Shown here in pieces: positions 13,430 through 24,424 of a DNA stretch of 64,000 nucleotides. Under the pieces are notes generated by a model that saw only the letters and a list, made by a program, of their open reading frames with translations, did not search any database and had not been told where the DNA came from. Made by a program: the position numbers and the translations under genes. Position 1 is the first letter of the stretch, and each line of letters begins with the position of its first letter. Location: positions 74,462,001 to 74,526,000 of the forward strand of contig OX597815.1 of NCBI GenBank assembly GCA_951406725.2, written 5' to 3'. Origin of the DNA: Octopus vulgaris. Lineage: Eukaryota.

Positions 13430-14920
13430 GTTGCAAAACTTAGCCCCCTCTTGTTCATCATAGTCCTCCAGGCAGTAACAGAGGAATTTAAGTCAAGCTG
13501 TCTCAGGGAGCTCCTCTATGCTGATGACCTTGTTCTTATAGCTGTTCTTATATCAGAACTAGAGAAGAAGTTTCAGGTGTGGAAGCAAGGTCTAGAATCA
13601 AAGGGCCTTAGAGGTAATTTAGCAAAAACCAAAGTCTTATTAAGTAGGAAAGTGGACAAGTCACAAATCCCTTCAGGTAGATGGCCCTACTCAATATGTA
13701 GAAAAGGTATAGGTAAACACTCCATAAGATGTACACAATGCAAGCTATGGACACATAAGAGGTGCATCAATATCAGAGGAAGGTTAACAAGGAAAATAGT
13801 CTTTGTGTGTGGTAGATGTACAGGTACAATAAAAACTAGAAATGTACAGAAAATAGATTCCATCAAATGCCAGTGGGATACCTAAAAGTAGTTCATAGCT
13901 TCCATAGTCTAGGTGACCAAGTCAGCAGTATAGGTGGATGCTCCAAGTACATAGCTGTTAGTATAAGAATAGGCTGAGCAAAGTTTAGAAAGCTCCTATC
14001 TCAGTTAGTAAAAAAAAAAGGCCTTTCCATCAAAATGAAAACAGACTGTATGATGCCTGTGTGCGAAGTCATGCTCCATGGCAGTGAAACATGGGCTGTG
14101 ACTGCAGAGGACATGTGAAGGCTTGAAAGAAATGAAGTTTGTATGCTTCGCTGAATGTGCATTGTCAGTGTGCATGTACAACAGAGTGTAAGTGTCTTGA
14201 GAGAAAAACTGGTCATAAGAGGCATCAAATGGAGTGTGCAAGAGAGATGAATGCACTGGTATGGTCATGTGATGCATATGGATGAGGACAGCTTTGTAAA
14301 GAAGTGCTGATCTCTAACTGTGGAGGGAACCTGTGGAAAAGGTAGACCCAGGAAGACATGGGACAAAGTGGTGAAGCATGATCTTTGACTGTTAGGCCTC
14401 ATGAAGGTGATGACAAATGATCGAGACCTTTGGCAATATGCTGTGCTTGAGAAGACTTGTCAAACCAAGTGAAATCCTAGTTATAGCCGTTGCTGGTGTC
14501 AAGTAAATGGCACCTGTGAAATCATAAACACAGCTGTTGCTGGTAGCATGCTCTTCAAATGTTGGGCCTCATAGAGGTGATGACAAGTAACTGAGACCTT
14601 TGATGATATGCTGTGCTTGAGAAGACTCCTTAAGCCAAGTGAAATTGTAGTCATGGCTGTTGCCAGTGTCATGTAAATGGCACCTGTGAAATTGTAATCA
14701 TGGTGGTTGTCGGTGTCATGTAAATGGCACTTGTGCCAGTGGCAAGTAAAAAGCACCCATTATACTCTTGGAGTAGTTGGCATTAGGAAGGGCATCCAGC
14801 CATAGAAACTATGCCAAATCAGACTGGAACCTGCTGCAGGCCTCTGGCTTAACAGTTCCAGTAAACCACCTAATCCATACCAGCATGGAAAGTGGACATT
14901 AAATGATGACGATGATGAAA
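13430..14920 (+). mobile_element. 5'-truncated, decayed RTE-clade LINE (RT C-terminal half, 3' UTR, (GAT)n tail)
   Basis: LSPLLFIIVL...LLYADDLVLIA RT motifs; downstream degraded LHGSETWA, WYGHV and GRPRKTW RTE motifs with stops and frameshifts; ends with TTAGGAAGGGCATCCAGC...AAATGATGACGATGATG. Confidence 0.92.
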
Positions 14921-15529
14921 TGATGAGGATGCTACCACAACTGCCACCACCACCACCACCACCACCATTTTACATCTGCTTTCTACATTGGTTTTGGAGG
15001 ACAGGACGTAATGTTTTGAGATGGGTTGGAGGATCATATCTTACTTGTACTTTATAATTTGATCCAGTTTCTCTTGTTGAGTGTACTGGCTGCAGTTTGT
15101 CATGGTATCAACATGAGAAGGAATATCATGTTCTCTACAAAACAAGACTAAAGAGTCATCTCAATTCTATGTTGTCTGGCTCCATTTTATATTCATACTA
15201 GTTAATGTAATAATAAAATGAACACTAGAGATATTGCCTTGTACTCTGGAAAGCAATAGGGTTCCTCACCACTGTACATTGTTTAATAAAGTGAGAAGAG
15301 CTGATGTTGACTGCAAAAGATGGACTAAGGTAGGAGAGGAGAAAGAGAAACAAGCAAGAAAATGGGGAAGAGCAGAATGATCAGAAGACAGTGTGGAGGG
15401 ATAGTAATTACATGTAGAGACACCATATTTTGTTATGCAACCATCATATACTACAGAGTATATTAAATGCTTCATAAGTTAATACTGTGTTCTGTTGTGT
15501 TAGCAGTGCTATTAAATCACATGTTCAGA

Positions 15530-15696
15530 TTATCTCTATAGATTTTCTATAGAAATTAAAGCCAGCACTGATTTGTTACGACATGTAATGTAAACAACAA
15601 TGCTATCACATTGTTGTTTACATTAGACGTATTTGGATACAAAATGTAACAAAATCAGTGCTGGCTATAATTTCTATAGAAAATCTGTAGAGATAA
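15530..15696. repeat. Long fold-back inverted repeat
   Basis: 50/51-nt outer arms (2 mismatches, 1 indel) plus a perfect 17-bp inner stem with a 6-nt loop. Confidence 0.95.
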
Positions 15697-16489
15697 CCAT
15701 AACAAGTGGGATGGAGTGAGAAATGGGAAACATAGACTGTGGAAGAGAATGTTTGGAAGAAAAACTGAATATGGAGTTTAGTATTGATTCTGTTATAGTG
15801 AGATAGACTAGACATAACAGAGGAAGAAATGCATGTACTGAGTGAGTTTAGATAAATATGGTACTGTTGTTACCGTTTTAATGTATACTTTTCCATGTTT
15901 ACATGAGTTGAATGGAATATGTTGGGACAGATTTTCTACAGCTGGATGCCCTTCGTGTTACTAATCCTCACTTGTTTTCCAAGCAAGGTAATATTTTCCC
16001 ATGGCTGGATATGTTTCATGGAAGATTGGAGACAATGGATACCACCAGTATGATGCTTGTTTACAACTATCATGCTATGTCAAGAGAAGTATTTGAGAAA
16101 ATATTTTTCAGCTGGTCTGCAGTGGTACAGAGGTCTACCACTGCACCAATTGTGCATGAATATTACACAATTATTGTTTATAACACTACAATATTATGCT
16201 TCATATATTAAAAAATAATCTTTTGAAAGAAAATTAATCAGAGACATTGCGGACGAAGATTTATTGCTTTAGGTGAGGTGGTTTTAAGTTTTGTCAGGGA
16301 AGGAAGGCAGTGTTGTGATTTTTGCAGGATCTTTGAGGCTGCTAAGATCACTGTGACTAATATCAAATACAGTTCTTGGCAGGTATTTTATTTTATTGAT
16401 CTCAGAAGAATGAAAGATAAAGCTGACCATAGCAGGATTTGAACTCAGAATGTAAAGAATTAATTTTCTGTCTCTGATACTATCATCAA

Positions 16490-16880
16490 AGCTTTAACAT
16501 TCCTTTTCCCACATTTGTGTGGGTAAGATAAAGTTCATGAAAGCAGATTTTCTACTGCTCTTCCTGTTGCCAACAAGGTCATATTTTCTCATGATCAGAC
16601 TTATTTTTACAGAAGATTGTAAATGGATGACATTACTTGTATGACAGTGATGTTCATTTACAACTACTGCACGATGTCAAGACAAGGAGACACTAACACA
16701 CCCACCCACACAGACACACATCACACACACAATGGGATTATTTAAGTTTCTATCTACCAAATCGACTGGTCATCCCAGGGCTGAAGTAGAAGATACACGC
16801 CTAAGGTGCCACACAGTAGTACTGAATCCAAAACCATACAGTTGGGAAATAAACTTTTTAACCACACAGCTATGCCTGTA
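16490..16880 (-). mobile_element. SINE family A, tail type 1
   Basis: Full minus copy. Partial copies at about 15875-16085, 21935-22070, 33590-33845, 44090-44215 and 48920-49140. Confidence 0.8.
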
Positions 16881-17509
16881 CTTATTAAATAATGGATATT
16901 GTGTGAAATGTAGAATTATGAATATAGTCTAAATCAGTGAAGTAATATATACACATTTTTTAACTGCTGCAGAAACAGATATGATGATAGCTATCTTCCA
17001 AAGCAGTAAATTACCATCCATGAAGAAGATGAATTTAAAAAACAAAACAAAACAAAAAAAAAACAAACAAACATAGTCAAATACAACAATGGTATGTCAA
17101 ATAGCAATTCTTTCTAAACTAGTGCATTAACTTAATTTTAAGGTTGCTGGCAATTTTTCTTTAACTTTATATTTCTCTTTTCCATTTCTCCTGACAGTAG
17201 AAATGTTATAAAATAAATTACTATTTACTTACTTAAAGAAAGAAAGAGTACAATAAAACAAAATAACTTGAATGTTCAATCCTTGCAGTAATAATATACA
17301 AATATCAGCACTTCTGTCAAATAATATGAGTGTTTGCACAGAACATACTATTTACTTATTCTGCAAAGTAACAGGATGCATATTTGAAATAAGATATCGT
17401 CTCATTTCTAGTTTAATAATGTGTGTGTAAGTGTGTGTGTGTGTTGAGGAATGGTACAACAGAAAGAAGGGCAGACCACTACAGTGGACTATGATGACAA
17501 GTGACTCAC

Positions 17510-17656
17510 CTGTATAAGACTTAATACCTTCTCTTGCACAACCGGAGGAGGGTCATTCTTTGGTCCAATTATTTTAATTAACTCATGAAGAAACTCTTTA
17601 TTTGCCACTTGGAGGTGAAATCTTTTGCCACAGTTTTTTACACAGGTTTCCAGCAA
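17510..17656 (-). CDS. TOM1: TOM1-family exon 4 (VHS domain)
   Basis: ctttttaag|TTG...CAG|gtgagt. 147 nt, phase 0-0. Encodes [49 protein letters not shown] with the VHS signature VKNCG. Confidence 0.97.
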
Positions 17657-20233
17657 CTTAAAAAGGAATGAAGCAATCAAATAAATTAAAGAAGCTATAT
17701 GAAACAGAAAGCAGTTGAAAGAGAAAAAGAAAAGAAAAAGGATTAGCAAATGTAAAGATTGCCAAGAGGCTTTCAGCAACAAGGTATTGACAAAAGAAGG
17801 AAATTGGTTTACATAATAAGAAAAGGATTAAATAGTTTACTCATAATGAATACAGGCTTCAGTTTACTATAAGGACCGTTAGGTAAGATTCTCAGGACTA
17901 ACAGTAAAAGGTGGGGACAAATTTAGTCTTGAAACAAAGAAAATATGCCACTTATCTAATAATGTTTAAATGCATAGTCACCTCATGTTGGATTTATAAT
18001 TTAAAAAAACTCCCTGTAATTTCCTATGTAAAATGATTGCCTTTGTGTCACAATATATCATCATCATTTGATGTCTGTTTTTCCATGCTGGCATGGGTTA
18101 GATGGTTTGACAGGAACTAATGAGCTAAAGGACTGTATTGAGCTCCAAAATCTTCTTTGGCATGGTCTTTACAGCAGGATGCCTTCCTAGAGCCAACCAC
18201 TTTACAGAGTTACTGGGTGCTTTTTTTCATGATATTGGCACTAACGAGGTTATCGAGTACTCACAAGATCCTTCAACTAAGTGGGGTGTAGCATTGATGG
18301 ATGTGAAAGTATGATATTTTCTTTCATCATCACCATTCTCTTTTAACATCTGCCTTCCATGCTGACATGGGTTGGTTGGTTAAACAGGATCTGACAAGTC
18401 GGAGTAATGTACTCTGCTCCAATGTCAGCTTTACTATGGTTTCTATGGTAGATGCTTTTATGCCCTTCCTAATGCCAAACACTTCACAGAAAGTACAGGG
18501 TGCTATTTTTGTAGAACCAGCACTAATGAGGCTGCCATGTAGCTTGCAAGACTAAGTTTCCTTTTGACTGAGTGGGTCTACAGTAGAGAGGGTGATGGCT
18601 TTACGTTAGGTGATGAGAGGTTAAAATATGAATGATGGAGCAAGAACAGCTTTCTTGCTGTAGAGGAGTTACATGGCTGCTCACATTATAGTAGAGTGAG
18701 TGGGAGTAATTATGGTGGAGTAAAATATCTCCACCAAACATTAGAGGGAGAGCCCATGCATCTACCTTTTCATCATTTTAGCTCCTTCTTATATTTATAT
18801 GTTGTCGTTGTGGTTGCCCCAATAAAATTTCAACTATGAAATTTAAGTTGCAGCAGTTGAGTAGCTTTCTACTCTAACTGAGATGAGGTTTGAAACTACT
18901 GCTAAGAACTTGACCATGGAAACTGTGCTTTGGATAAGTCTGGTAGAACAATTTGTATTCCATTTGGAATGTGGCTCAGTGCTAGAAAACATTGCTCCAC
19001 TGGAACTTATCTACGTTGTATAAAGTCTTTGCAGACAATACACATGAACAAAAATCAGAGAGAGAAAGAGAAGGGGAGAAAGAAAAATGATGAATATTGT
19101 GAGGGAGAGAGGGAGGAAGAAAAAGAGAAATGTTGAAAGTAAGTTGAGAGAAATTTTTTGAGAAAGAGAGCAAACAAGATAAAAAAAGAAAAAAAAGCAG
19201 GACAAAATTCTTTGTGGTTGTTTGATTGCTGCTATTAGGGTGATTATCATAAAAGACAAAAAAATTTTATCTGCCACGAGGCTAATATAGCTTAAATTAG
19301 GATTAACACAACTATTCAAGGACAAAGTTAAAGAAACAAGGAACGACTTGTGATGTTCTTTATTTAATTGCGACAGGATTAATAGGGTTGGGTCTAGGCT
19401 GAAATAGATTAAAATAAACAATCAACCCTTTGTTTTGTTTTATATTCTAAATCTCTTCCTCTGTTTAAGCATGTGTACCTCCACAGGTTTTTCAAGCTAA
19501 CTCAGAAAGTATCGGTGCTAACTTCAAATTTTACTGATTTTAAATAAATAAATAAATCAGCAAATCTGGAGATTTTGAATCCCTTATGAAGGATTTTCGG
19601 TCCCAGAAATGCCAATCAATACCTGATCTTCTATGCTTCTTCTATAGTAGCAGTGTTTTTATCTTCTTTTTTTCCTCATCTATTTTACAACATGAGAGGG
19701 CTGAAAAGTAAAATCAACCCTGGGAGAGTTGGACTCTAAACTTAAGAATTAAATATTAAAGGCATTTAGCCTGATATTCCATCTCTTCTTGTTATGTACC
19801 ACACATTAGCAAAGGCTAGATGGTCATATCACTACTGCTTATGCTTAATTTCTTATTATTTTATAGCAAGAGGAAAGGAAATCCATGATCTTTGTAAGCC
19901 TTCCTAGACTGGTGGTTTTCAGAGGGAAATAAAATGCTAGAGAGAAAGCTAATAAAAGATAAATGACAAGATGAAGTTGGGACTGAAGTCCAATTATGTT
20001 GGTGTAGAGGAGAGTTAATTAGTCAACATATTGTGTCACATTTGCACATTGTTGAAAATAAAGGCAAATATTTGATGGAGGAGGGTAAGAAGAAATAAAA
20101 GCTCATATGTTGCAATGAACCACTATGTTGGTTGTATGACAGTCCAGCTGAAAGTAAGTTAGAAGGTTTTTCAAAATTTTGTGCCAGCTGGAAATGGGGA
20201 CTAGTCTCAAACTGGGAAGGAAAAAAATATAAG

Positions 20234-20373
20234 AAGAGGTGGGCACCATTAATCAAAAAGTTAACTTTGTTAACTGTTAATCTGTTAACCAATAAGTTAA
20301 TTTAAAAGTTAAATCGTTAATGAAAATGTTAACTTCACTGATTAATGGATTAATGGACTTCCGCCCAGCTCTG
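20234..20373. mobile_element. hAT-type MITE (140 bp) with internal GTTAA repeats
   Basis: Termini AAGAGGTGGGCA / CGCCCAGCTCTG; 8-bp TSD AATATAAG / GATATAAG. Confidence 0.7.
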
Positions 20374-21067
20374 GATATAAGATTATGCACTTACTAACAG
20401 AACAGTCTCTCAATGTGTTATGTATGAGTTCAAGTCCCTGTACAATCAGGCACCAAGAACATATTTCTACTGGTACTGCCCAATGACATTATTCAAGTAT
20501 AGATATCATTAGAAGTAGCAAATGGGTTATCTTCAAACTAGAGTTTTTGTTTAAATGTTAACAACAAGACCTTGCTATAGTAGCAAAGTGCAAGTGAAAA
20601 GTGTTAAATCAGTGAAGTGTTATGCTTATCAATGAGGTTTCTGAAGTGTTTTATAAAGAAAGCAATACCAGAGGTTGTCTTGCAGGACTTAGATCTCCAC
20701 TGAACTACGCTGGTCATTTTTTTATTTTTGAGTAACCAAGCTCCTACATTGGTTGCCTTCACTTCATGACAGCTTTCATGATACATAATCCCTAGTAGTT
20801 GATTTTTTTCAAATTGCATTTAAGATACAGTAAACTACAAAGGTAACCTACATACTCTTTATCACTTCCTCACACACATTTTTTTTTTTTGCACACAGAC
20901 TTTTTCAGTACAAAAGCCATCATAAAAATGGTGCTGAATCATTTGGCAAGCTACATAACTCTATTGGTTTTAATTTGCTTAGCTGTAAATCTGATGCTCA
21001 ACAGTAACGGTGAGAGGAACAAGATGAAGACATGAATAACAACAAAAGAAAAATAAGAAATACTTAC

Positions 21068-21152
21068 AATTAGAGTGTACATGACAGCTGCGTAATTCTT
21101 GCCAGCATTTTGTTGCAGCTTTTTCTTTATGGCACGTATTGCATCTTTTGGT
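21068..21152 (-). CDS. TOM1: TOM1-family exon 3 (VHS domain)
   Basis: ttatccag|A CCA AAA GAT...CTA ATT|gtaagt. 85 nt, phase 2 to phase 0; completes the split Gly codon GG|A from exon 2. Encodes (G)PKDAIRAIKKKLQQNAGKNYAAVMYTLI. Confidence 0.95.
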
Positions 21153-21288
21153 CTGGATAACAGAAGGAGAAAAAGTACAATTTTACAAGAAGCTCAACTA
21201 TGAAACATTGCAGTTAAGAGAAGTGCTGTACATAGATTCTTCTCACCTTAATAGAAAGTAATTATTTTTCCTACATACAATTAGTTAA

Positions 21289-21505
21289 CCCTTTTGATAC
21301 TAATTTGCCCTTGGTTCTTTGATAGACATTTTCTGTAGATCATTTTAAAAAATGATCTAAGAACTTTTTATCAAGATTTCATGCTGACTTACATTCCAAT
21401 CACCAACTTAATAATGGCAAAATTATTTTATCAAATATTTTATTACTTTTAAAATTAATTGAAACAAAAACAGAGTATTTCAACAGAAATACGGTAATGA
21501 ATGGG
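21289..21505. mobile_element. piggyBac-type MITE, family 2
   Basis: TTAA|CCCTTTTGATAC ... GGTAATGAATGGG; homologous to 48502-48723. A partial copy lies at about 63390-63550. Confidence 0.7.
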
Positions 21506-22770
21506 TGAAAAGGTAATTAACAAATTGCTCTGTTACTTCATTACATGTCAAACAGTTGCTAACTAAGGTATTAATGAACAATATCCTTGGTATTAATCTA
21601 TAATATAAACAAATTTTTTGCAAAAATAAAACCAAAACAAAACTATACTGATAACAAATGTGCACAATACATAGTCGGATGCTTTTAACATCTTAGCAAC
21701 AATCTCTAATGAGTCTGTAGCTTTCCTGATTTTATCTCCTTAACCACCTGACAGGTAGATATGAAACTGGATAGGTGAAATAACAGTTGATTCTTTTTTA
21801 TCTTTTATAATTCCATTTTCAAACACCTTGCACTGAAACTGTTTTTATTGCAACAAAGAGGGTGCACTTAATTGGTTTCTTGTTCAATGTTTGTGTAATC
21901 ACAAAGATTATGGTTTGAGAGTAAAAAGTAACTCATCATCGTTGTTTTAACATCCTCTCTTCCAAGGATAAGACAAAACCCATTGAGGTAGATTTTCTAT
22001 AGCTGGATGCCCATCCTGTCACCAACTCTCACTTGTTTCCAAATAAGATAATATTTCTCTTGGTCCTTCCAATAACAAATATGCTAACTGGCTGTACGTT
22101 TTTCATACCTCACTTTACGAGGACCTGCTTTATGAGACCCCAGGTTTATGAGTTTTTACAAGTTTTATTTTCTGTTTAAGAATTTTCGCTTTACAAGCGT
22201 TCTCTGGAAATGAATTAACTCATATACTGTGGCATTACTTTATATTTTTAATGACACATTTTTTTCCCCCTTTTTTGCAGCATGCCAACATCTTGATATG
22301 GGGAAAACACAATTATATGTGCACACATACACACAAACATACATATATATCTTCTATATAATAAAGCTCATCGTCTGTGTATCTGTACATCTATAGGACA
22401 AAAAGGAATAGAAGATACATAAAAACAAAGTATGAGTTCTCATGTAAAATTTTACAAGAAAGACAATGAGCTACATAAAATTTACTTTCCATTTCAATTA
22501 GGGGGCTTAAAGGGGGAAAACACCTTGTGAAATTTTAAATACCTCCGATTTAAATAAAAATAACAACTACTATGGTACTAAATAAAGACGGTTTCCAAAA
22601 TTTCACCATCTTACAATATTATTTAACCCCACTAATGGGGTTTATAACACGAGACAGAGCCCCTTTGAAAGTGCAAATACAGCCACTTTTCATGGAGATA
22701 CATAAAATTTAAGTATGTGTTCTTAGAATAAGTGTACTACTAAGTGTACTACTACAACAATGCATATCTC

Positions 22771-22802
<32 letters not shown>

Positions 22803-22807
22803 ATATA

Positions 22808-22980
22808 CACTCGCGGAGTGGTTGGCGTTAGGAAGGGCATCCAGCCGTAGAAACTCTGCCAGATCAGACTGGAGCCTGGAGAGGCCTCTGGCTTCCCAGA
22901 CCCCGGTCAAACCGTCCAACCCGTGCTAGCGCGGAAAACGGACGTTAAACGATGATGATGATGATGATGATGATGATGAT
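22808..22980 (+). mobile_element. Young, short RTE-tail copy
   Basis: CpG-rich tail GGAGTGGTTGGCGTTAGGAAGGGCATCCAGCCGTAG...(GAT)10. Related copies at about 2265-2406(+), 6625-6790(-), 7795-7920(-), 18057-18230(-), 18330-18530(-), 23100-23438(+), 24470-24640(+), 30860-30950(+), 41770-41975(+). Confidence 0.85.
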
Positions 22981-23095
22981 ATATATATATATATATATAT
23001 ATATACACGCAATATATGTATGTATATATACATATATATATAAATTTATATATACCTATATTTATATATACCTATATATATATATATGTATGTAT
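22950..23095. repeat. Compound microsatellite (GAT)n(AT)n
   Basis: Read directly; further (AT)n at 22770-22808, 23438-23575 and 24386-24420. Confidence 0.95.
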
Positions 23096-23458
23096 AAAAA
23101 TCCAAATGGAAATTGTAGTTAAGACACCCGTGCCATGACACGTAAAAAGCACCGTCCGAACGTGGCAGATACTAGTGTCGCCTAACTGGCATCCGTGTTG
23201 GTGACACGTAAAAGCACCAACTGATCGTGGCCATTTGCCAGCCCGGTCTGGCTCCTGTGCCGGTGGCACGTAAAAATCACCCACTACACTCATGGAGTGG
23301 TTAGCGTTAGGAAGGGCATCCAGCTGTAGAAACACTGCCAAATCAGACTAGAGCCTGGTGCAGTCTCCATGGCTTACCAGACCCTGCTTGAACCATCCAA
23401 CCCATGCTAGCATGGAAAACGGTCGTTAAATGATGATGTATATATATATGTATGTATG

Positions 23459-23510
<52 letters not shown>

Positions 23511-23542
23511 TAAAGAGTGGTCACTATATGTATACGTGTATA

Positions 23543-23577
<35 letters not shown>

Positions 23578-23707
23578 GTTATAATTCAAATGCCCCAACT
23601 AACAGCGCCAACTTTACGGAAACAAAGACTGCATTTAGAAATAAATGTAGCATAATTATAATTAATTAATAAGGGTGAGAAATTAGTGGATTTCATCCAG
23701 ATAGTTT

Positions 23708-23776
23708 CTGACGAGCTACAAGTGGATTTTTTGTAAGTAAAATTACATTTAATTCATTAATAGCGAAACAATTGTC
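23708..23776 (+). ncRNA. Decayed minimal (Penelope-type) hammerhead ribozyme motif
   Basis: CTGACGA-GCTA[42 nt]TAGC-GAAA-C-AATT-GTC: intact core, 4-bp stem II, palindromic stem III. Stem I does not pair. Confidence 0.45.
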
Positions 23777-24100
23777 CCAAAATAATCTGTATTTTTGTTA
23801 TTTTTATTTGCCTGTCCGTGTGAGCTAACAATCGTACTGACTTTCATGGGAAACATGTATTTTGTGGTTGAAACCTTTGATTAACTGGTGCTAGAGTGAG
23901 CCATATAGTGACCACTCTCTATATTTATTTTGTAAAATATTATAATATATTATAAAATATTATAATAATCCAGGTTTTGAGCACTAGGCCACTTGGTGTT
24001 GAATAGATATACACATAAATGTGAAACAAGGTGGAAAAAAGAGTACTCAAATACCAGTGGTAGAGTAATATGCTTTATTTAAAGCAGCAGAAAATTCAAC

Positions 24101-24147
24101 AAAACCTGTTACTCTGAGTTTCCTGTTGCTGTTCATCGGACAGTTTT
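24101..24147 (-). ncRNA. Decayed minimal hammerhead ribozyme motif
   Basis: Minus: AAAACTGT-CCGATGA-ACAGCAACAG-GAAA-CTCAGA-GTA-ACAGGTTTT. Stems I and III pair; the core has C instead of U4 and stem II is broken. Confidence 0.45.
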
Positions 24148-24383
24148 TGCTAGCCCCCACCATCACTTGACTGCCGATGTTGATGTGTTTACATGCCTAT
24201 AACTTAGCTGTTTGCAAAACACACCAATAGAATAAGTACTATGCTTACAAAGAACAAGTCCTGTTGTCAATTTCTTCAACTAAAGGTGGTGCTCCAACAC
24301 GGCTGCAGTCACATGACCGAAGCAAGTAAAACAATAAAAAACTATGCCATTTTAATCCTGAGCAACACCGGGTATCTCTGCTA

Positions 24384-24424
<41 letters not shown>

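Larger units (their letters stand above)
22350..24384 (+). mobile_element. Probable non-autonomous Helitron carrying nested insertions
   Basis: 5' A|TCTTCTATATAATAAAG; 3' hairpin remnant CCTGAGCAACACCGGG about 8 nt before CTAG|T; no TSD; microsatellite flanks. That the two ends belong together is inferred. Confidence 0.6.

Noticed and set aside
22095-22245. Possible Tigger/pogo-like MITE
   Set aside because: The termini are too degraded to define TIRs or a TA duplication.
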